Shown here one piece after another: positions 59,603 to 64,000 of a DNA stretch of 64,000 bases. The stretch covers positions 63-64,062 of the forward strand of contig JAFRDB010000128.1 of NCBI GenBank assembly GCA_017404065.1, written 5' to 3'. Under the pieces are notes generated by a model, which worked only from the letters and a program-made list of their open reading frames with translations, was not told where the DNA came from and did not search any database. This DNA is from Clostridia bacterium. Lineage in GTDB: Bacteria > Bacillota > Clostridia > UBA1381. The translations under genes were made by a program, and so were the position numbers. Each line of letters opens with the position of its first letter. Position 1 is the stretch's first letter.

Positions 59603-62600
59603 ATGCTTAGAAAAAGAATTTCGGCCGCTTTAGCGGCTATTATAACGCTGGCATCCTGCGGAACAGCATTTGCGGTTTATGATGCGGATGTTATTCCCGT
59701 ACAAACGGAGATACAGGATGAACTTAGTATTGCGGAGTCACGACCGCAGACATCAAAATTCAGCTACAATCTTGACGGTGAGGAGCTTACTGTATCGCTC
59801 AACGGTCAGACAATAAAGAACACTACCGATGAGGACATAAACGTTTTTATTGCCGTTTATGAGGCTGATATCCTCTGTAAAGCTAAGCGCTATACTGTAA
59901 GCGCGGATTATCCGGAGGTCAACTTAAAGGATTGGAAGACCACGTATTCCGGTGACAAGGACGCGCTTAAGGTAAAGGCGTTCATCTGGACGGCGGACGG
60001 TAATTGCAAACCGATCGAGGAAGCATCCGAGCTTTCTGATATTTCGGGGACAGTTTACAAAGCGTTCGGCAGAGTGGTCGCCACGTCAACAGGCAGTAAC
60101 CTGCGACCGGGTGAGGTCATGTTCCAAATAGAACAGTCGGATGATTTTGACGGCAGGGAGATAAACAAAAGTCTCGATAATATAGAAACTATAACTGCTC
60201 AGACAGGAAGCACAAACGCAAAGGATATGCTGTTTATCTACTCCGAAGCATTTATTGCAAAGGCTGTTGACGGTACATTCGCGATAGTTTCCATAGAGAG
60301 CTGCGATCCGTCACAGACAGTCACGTTTGCGGCAAAGGATGTTGCCGATGATGACGCGATCATCGGCATAGACTACAGCGGCAACAGAAAGCTACCGGTA
60401 TACGAGAGCGATATATCATCGTCAACAATAAAATATGATCTTGCTGACGATGTTAAGCTCTATGTAAACGGCGTTGAAGATATGACATCAGCTTCTCTGA
60501 ATGAAAAGATCGCTGACTACATTCTTGCTAACCCAACAGGTGCGGTTCAGCTCATTGACCAGACAGCTGTCGGTTCAACATCAAAAGACGGTAAGTATGA
60601 CAAGATCATGGTTACATTCTATGTTGACGCTGTAGTTGACTATGTAACCGCAACATCATCAACGGCAAGAATCTATTTCAAGAACTCACAGATCAACGCC
60701 ATGAGAATGGAGTGGGATCCTGAGGATAAGGATATCGAGGTTAAGTTCACAAAGGACGGCGCTGAGATAGCTTACACAGACCTTGCTGAGTATGACGTTC
60801 TTTCGATCAAGTACAACATGGTTGAACAAGGCGTAGCAAGTGACGCTCTTACAGATTGTGACTTCTATGAGGTATTGGTTTCACGGAATGTTGTTGAGGG
60901 CAGCATAATAGGTAAGGATTTTTACGATCAAACTGTTAAGGTTAACGGTAACGACTATAACCTCATATACAATGACGGCGTATACAGCACAAAGACATGG
61001 TCAATGACAAGCACATACGATTGTGAGCTTGGCACATATTATAAGCTCTTCCTTGATGCTTTCGGTTATGTTGCACATTTCGACGAGCTTGAATTGCCGA
61101 AGGACTACGGCGTGATCGTTGCTATGTACACAAACAGCGGCGATGATTATCCGACAGTAAGACTTGTTACCGCTGACGGTGAGATCGTAAGCTATGAGTG
61201 TACGGATTCTTTGGAGGCTCACAGGTTCTATAACTATGCAGTAAACGGCAATCCTTACGGTTCGGCATCTTACACATCGTTCAACAAGAACACCCCGGCT
61301 GTAAAGGACAACATACTTGCAGGTAACACAGTCTGCACATATAAGCTCACAGATGGCAAGATCAGGTTTGATCAGGCATTTAATACCGGCTACGGCGGCG
61401 CAGACCTTGAATATAAAGCATCTTCTTCTAAAATAGGATCATATTCAATTGATGAAAACACAAGGATCATTGATATGGACGAATATATGCATAACGGTTC
61501 TGACAAAGTCTTAACGCTTTCTGCTGCCGATTTTGATGATAAGGCTGCATATACAGCATACTTGTTTGACAAGAACAGTGACGGTGTTTACAGATTCGCT
61601 ATCGTATTTCATGGAGCCGTAGAAGGTATCTATGATGTTTACGGACAGGTTACCGACAACGCGCAAACAAGCTCAGACTATAAAGAAGACGAGATAGGTT
61701 TTGAAATAACAGATGATGATGAGCTTAACGGTAAGCATACAATGAATGTTGGAAAAACCGATGCGGCGGATATAATTGGCAAGTATTGTGAAGCAACGAT
61801 CATGGTGATGAAAAACGGTCGCATTAAGATCTTATCAATATCGCCCGAAGAAACAAATTACGGCGTGATTGTATCAATGTATCAGACCAGCGGCGATGAC
61901 TATCCCACGGTAAGACTTGTTACCGCTGACGGTGAGATCGTAAGCTATGAGTGTAAGGATATGACCGAGGCTACGATGTTCTATAACTATGCAGTAAACG
62001 GCAATCCTTACGGTTCGGCATCTTACACATCGTTCAACAAGAACGTTCCTACTGTAATGGACAACATTCTTGCAGGTAACACGGTCTGCACATATAAGCT
62101 CACAAACGGCAGGATCAGGTTCGATAATTCACTTTACGACAACGGCGGCACAGATCTTGAATATAAGGCATCGACATCGGAAATAGGCGCCTTCGCCATT
62201 GATGAAAACACAAGGATCATCGATATGGACGAGTATATGCATAACGGTTCTGACAAGGTCTCAACGCTTTCGGCTGCAGATTTTGAGGATGAGGCTGCAT
62301 ACACAGCATACTTGTTCGACAAGAACACCGACGGTGTTTACAGATTCGCTATCGTATTTCATGGAGCCGTAGAAGGTATCTATGACGTTTACGGACAGGT
62401 TACCGACAACGCGCAAACAAGCTCAAATTATAAAGAAGACGAGATAGGTTTTGAAATAACAGATGATGATGAGCTTAACGGTAAGCATACAATGAACGTC
62501 GGAAATACCGATGCGGCGGATATGATTGGCAAATATTGTGAAGCAACGATCCTGGTGATGAAAAACGGTCGCATTAAGATCTTATCAATATCGCCCGAAG

Positions 62601-63847
62601 AAACAAATTACGGTGTGATCGTTGCTATGTACAAAAGCAGCGGCGATGACTATCCCACGGTAAGACTTGTTACCGCAAACGGTGAGATTGTAAGCTATGA
62701 GTGTAAGGATATGACCGAAGCTAATAGGCTCTATAACTATGCTGTAAGCGGCAATCCTTACGGTTCGGCATCTTACACATCGTTCAACAAATACACCCCG
62801 ACGGTAAAGGCCAACATTCTTGCAGGCGACACAGTCTGCACATATAAGCTCGCAGACGGCAGAATCAGGTTCGATAATGCACTTTACGGCAACGGCGGTA
62901 CGGATCTTGAATATAATGCATCGACATCGGAAATAGGCGCATTTACCATTGACGAAAACACAAGGATCATCGATATGGACGAATATATGCATAACGGTTC
63001 TGACAAAGTCCCAACGCTTTCGGCTGCTGATTTTGAGGATGAGGCAATATACGATGCGTATTTCTTTGATAAGAACAATGACAGTGTTTACAATTTTGGT
63101 ATCGTATTTGAGGGCACATCGTCCATAAGACCCGAGAGCCGGCTTGCAGTTGTTAAGAAGGTAAACGGTCAGGCAGACACAAATGGTACAACAACATGGT
63201 CATACACGGTTCTTCGCGCAGGTGAGGAGGTTGAGGTTCGTATAGACGATTCCACAGCTCTGCTTCCTGAGGGTGCTGTAATTGCTTACATAGTTAACTC
63301 AGACGGTTATGTTGACAGCGATAGGCTGTATGTTCTCTACGAACCGGCATCAACATACTATTATAACCTTGAAACGATCCTTTCAAACAATGATTTCTGC
63401 GGCAGCCAGCTTGACAATGTTAATATGGTCACTGATTGGAACAAGAATCATGGCAAGTATGAGATCGCATACAATGGCAGGACATCATATTCAAAGGACG
63501 TATTTGCCTATGTGGGTATCGTATACAAGACGAACGGCAATCACCTTGAACTCTTCACAAAGAAGACCGGCAATGTATCAAGCACATTGACAGACATTGA
63601 GGATATCTCGCTTTCAGGCGCTACAGTATATCTGTATGACTATAACTATAAGTCAGGCAAGGGCGCAAGAGTAAGCGTTGCTACAGCTACTCAGAGCGAT
63701 TCTATCTACAACGTCACGTATGATGACGCTGACAAGACTCAGGTCAACTGGTATAAGGTAATCGATAATGATGCTACGCCTTTGCTCGCTTTCGTTAAGG
63801 AGGTTGACGGCGAAGCAACAGACGTGATCCTCTTCATTGCTAAGTGA
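59603..63847 (+). CDS. 1414-aa putative lipoprotein with ~250-aa tandem repeats. No recognised catalytic, SLH, LPXTG or dockerin module.
   Basis: The signal peptide carries a lipobox (AIITLASC|G). About 2.7 copies of a 250-aa unit are present (YGVIVAMY..SGDDYPTVRLVTADGEIVSYEC...IRFD...DLEYKAS.S.IG...IDENTRIIDMDEYMHNGSDKV.TLSAADF.D.AAYTAYLFDKN.DGVYRFAIVFHG...). GAGGGG RBS. Confidence 0.6.
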   Translation: MLRKRISAALAAIITLASCGTAFAVYDADVIPVQTEIQDELSIAESRPQTSKFSYNLDGEELTVSLNGQTIKNTTDEDINVFIAVYEADILCKAKRYTVSADYPEVNLKDWKTTYSGDKDALKVKAFIWTADGNCKPIEEASELSDISGTVYKAFGRVVATSTGSNLRPGEVMFQIEQSDDFDGREINKSLDNIETITAQTGSTNAKDMLFIYSEAFIAKAVDGTFAIVSIESCDPSQTVTFAAKDVADDDAIIGIDYSGNRKLPVYESDISSSTIKYDLADDVKLYVNGVEDMTSASLNEKIADYILANPTGAVQLIDQTAVGSTSKDGKYDKIMVTFYVDAVVDYVTATSSTARIYFKNSQINAMRMEWDPEDKDIEVKFTKDGAEIAYTDLAEYDVLSIKYNMVEQGVASDALTDCDFYEVLVSRNVVEGSIIGKDFYDQTVKVNGNDYNLIYNDGVYSTKTWSMTSTYDCELGTYYKLFLDAFGYVAHFDELELPKDYGVIVAMYTNSGDDYPTVRLVTADGEIVSYECTDSLEAHRFYNYAVNGNPYGSASYTSFNKNTPAVKDNILAGNTVCTYKLTDGKIRFDQAFNTGYGGADLEYKASSSKIGSYSIDENTRIIDMDEYMHNGSDKVLTLSAADFDDKAAYTAYLFDKNSDGVYRFAIVFHGAVEGIYDVYGQVTDNAQTSSDYKEDEIGFEITDDDELNGKHTMNVGKTDAADIIGKYCEATIMVMKNGRIKILSISPEETNYGVIVSMYQTSGDDYPTVRLVTADGEIVSYECKDMTEATMFYNYAVNGNPYGSASYTSFNKNVPTVMDNILAGNTVCTYKLTNGRIRFDNSLYDNGGTDLEYKASTSEIGAFAIDENTRIIDMDEYMHNGSDKVSTLSAADFEDEAAYTAYLFDKNTDGVYRFAIVFHGAVEGIYDVYGQVTDNAQTSSNYKEDEIGFEITDDDELNGKHTMNVGNTDAADMIGKYCEATILVMKNGRIKILSISPEETNYGVIVAMYKSSGDDYPTVRLVTANGEIVSYECKDMTEANRLYNYAVSGNPYGSASYTSFNKYTPTVKANILAGDTVCTYKLADGRIRFDNALYGNGGTDLEYNASTSEIGAFTIDENTRIIDMDEYMHNGSDKVPTLSAADFEDEAIYDAYFFDKNNDSVYNFGIVFEGTSSIRPESRLAVVKKVNGQADTNGTTTWSYTVLRAGEEVEVRIDDSTALLPEGAVIAYIVNSDGYVDSDRLYVLYEPASTYYYNLETILSNNDFCGSQLDNVNMVTDWNKNHGKYEIAYNGRTSYSKDVFAYVGIVYKTNGNHLELFTKKTGNVSSTLTDIEDISLSGATVYLYDYNYKSGKGARVSVATATQSDSIYNVTYDDADKTQVNWYKVIDNDATPLLAFVKEVDGEATDVILFIAK
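61106..63120. repeat. ~750-bp tandem repeats (2 full + 1 partial) inside the 1414-aa gene
   Basis: Repeat starts (TACGG[CT]GTGAT) lie at 61106, 61859 and 62609, giving periods of 753 and 750 bp. There are long runs of identical DNA between copies. Confidence 0.9.
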
Positions 63848-64000
63848 TTCTAAACCTATATAACACAAAAGTGGAGGGATTTCCGGTAGGTTAACAAGAA
63901 CAAAGCGCCTGAGGCGCATCAACTCCCCCTGACCCCCTCAATCTTGAGACCAGATAATAAAAGTCAAGAGCTAAAATGAAAAAATATAAATTTTTTTCAT

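Noticed and set aside
63977-64000. ATGAAAAAATATAAATTTTTTTCA at the window edge could begin another signal-peptide gene.
   Set aside because: Only 8 codons are visible and there is no convincing RBS, so it cannot be supported from this window.

Overview
This 64-kb chromosomal segment looks like a Gram-positive anaerobe of the class Clostridia. That placement is an inference from the IspH-S1 fusion gene, a GerMN lipoprotein, and SLH, cohesin and dockerin modules. About two thirds is housekeeping. On the minus strand: aroH/cmk-plsC-ispH/rpsA, uvrC, ptsH, recA (with a perfect Cheo/SOS box), rsmI, fabZ, mreB, rpmG-secE-nusG-rplKAJL, yceD-rpmF, putP, folC and dapA. On the plus strand: ilvA, recX, rimO, pgsA, hisIE and tal. 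There are two accessory cell-surface islands. (i) 32.1-39.3 kb, minus strand: a cohesin protein with copper-amine-oxidase-like stalk domains, an SLH-anchored protein with two cohesin-like repeats, a small protein with an unusually acidic dockerin, and a 956-aa protein built from four lectin-like modules. (ii) 54.5-63.8 kb, plus strand, behind a divergent XRE regulator: an LRR-LRR-cohesin-dockerin protein, a two-cohesin protein, and a 1414-aa putative lipoprotein with 750-bp tandem repeats. No glycoside hydrolase is present, so this looks like a non-cellulolytic cohesin-dockerin surface network. I rank it as the best candidate for an undescribed system. The second main result is a family of TA-flanked, hairpin-rich, MITE-like elements with terminal inverted repeats: four copies plus one remnant. 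All lie between co-directional genes, and two sit exactly on stop codons. In-silico excision of one copy restores an ATGA translational-coupling junction. Other items: an MBOAT + DHHW/SGNH/DUF4358 O-acylation pair next to an LCP ligase; an ABC transporter with a two-component module; three toxin-antitoxin loci (a Phd/HicB-hybrid antitoxin with a HicA-like toxin, yefM-yoeB, and a decayed relE); a 43-aa Cys-rich micropeptide gene; and a 25-bp x3 tandem repeat spanning a stop codon. I saw no rRNA, tRNA, CRISPR array, transposase or phage genes. At least 13 promoters match TTGACA-17-TATAAT almost perfectly. The ORF track uses alternative start codons and longest-ORF starts, so I re-set several starts by RBS inspection. 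All family assignments come from motif recognition by eye, not from database searches.
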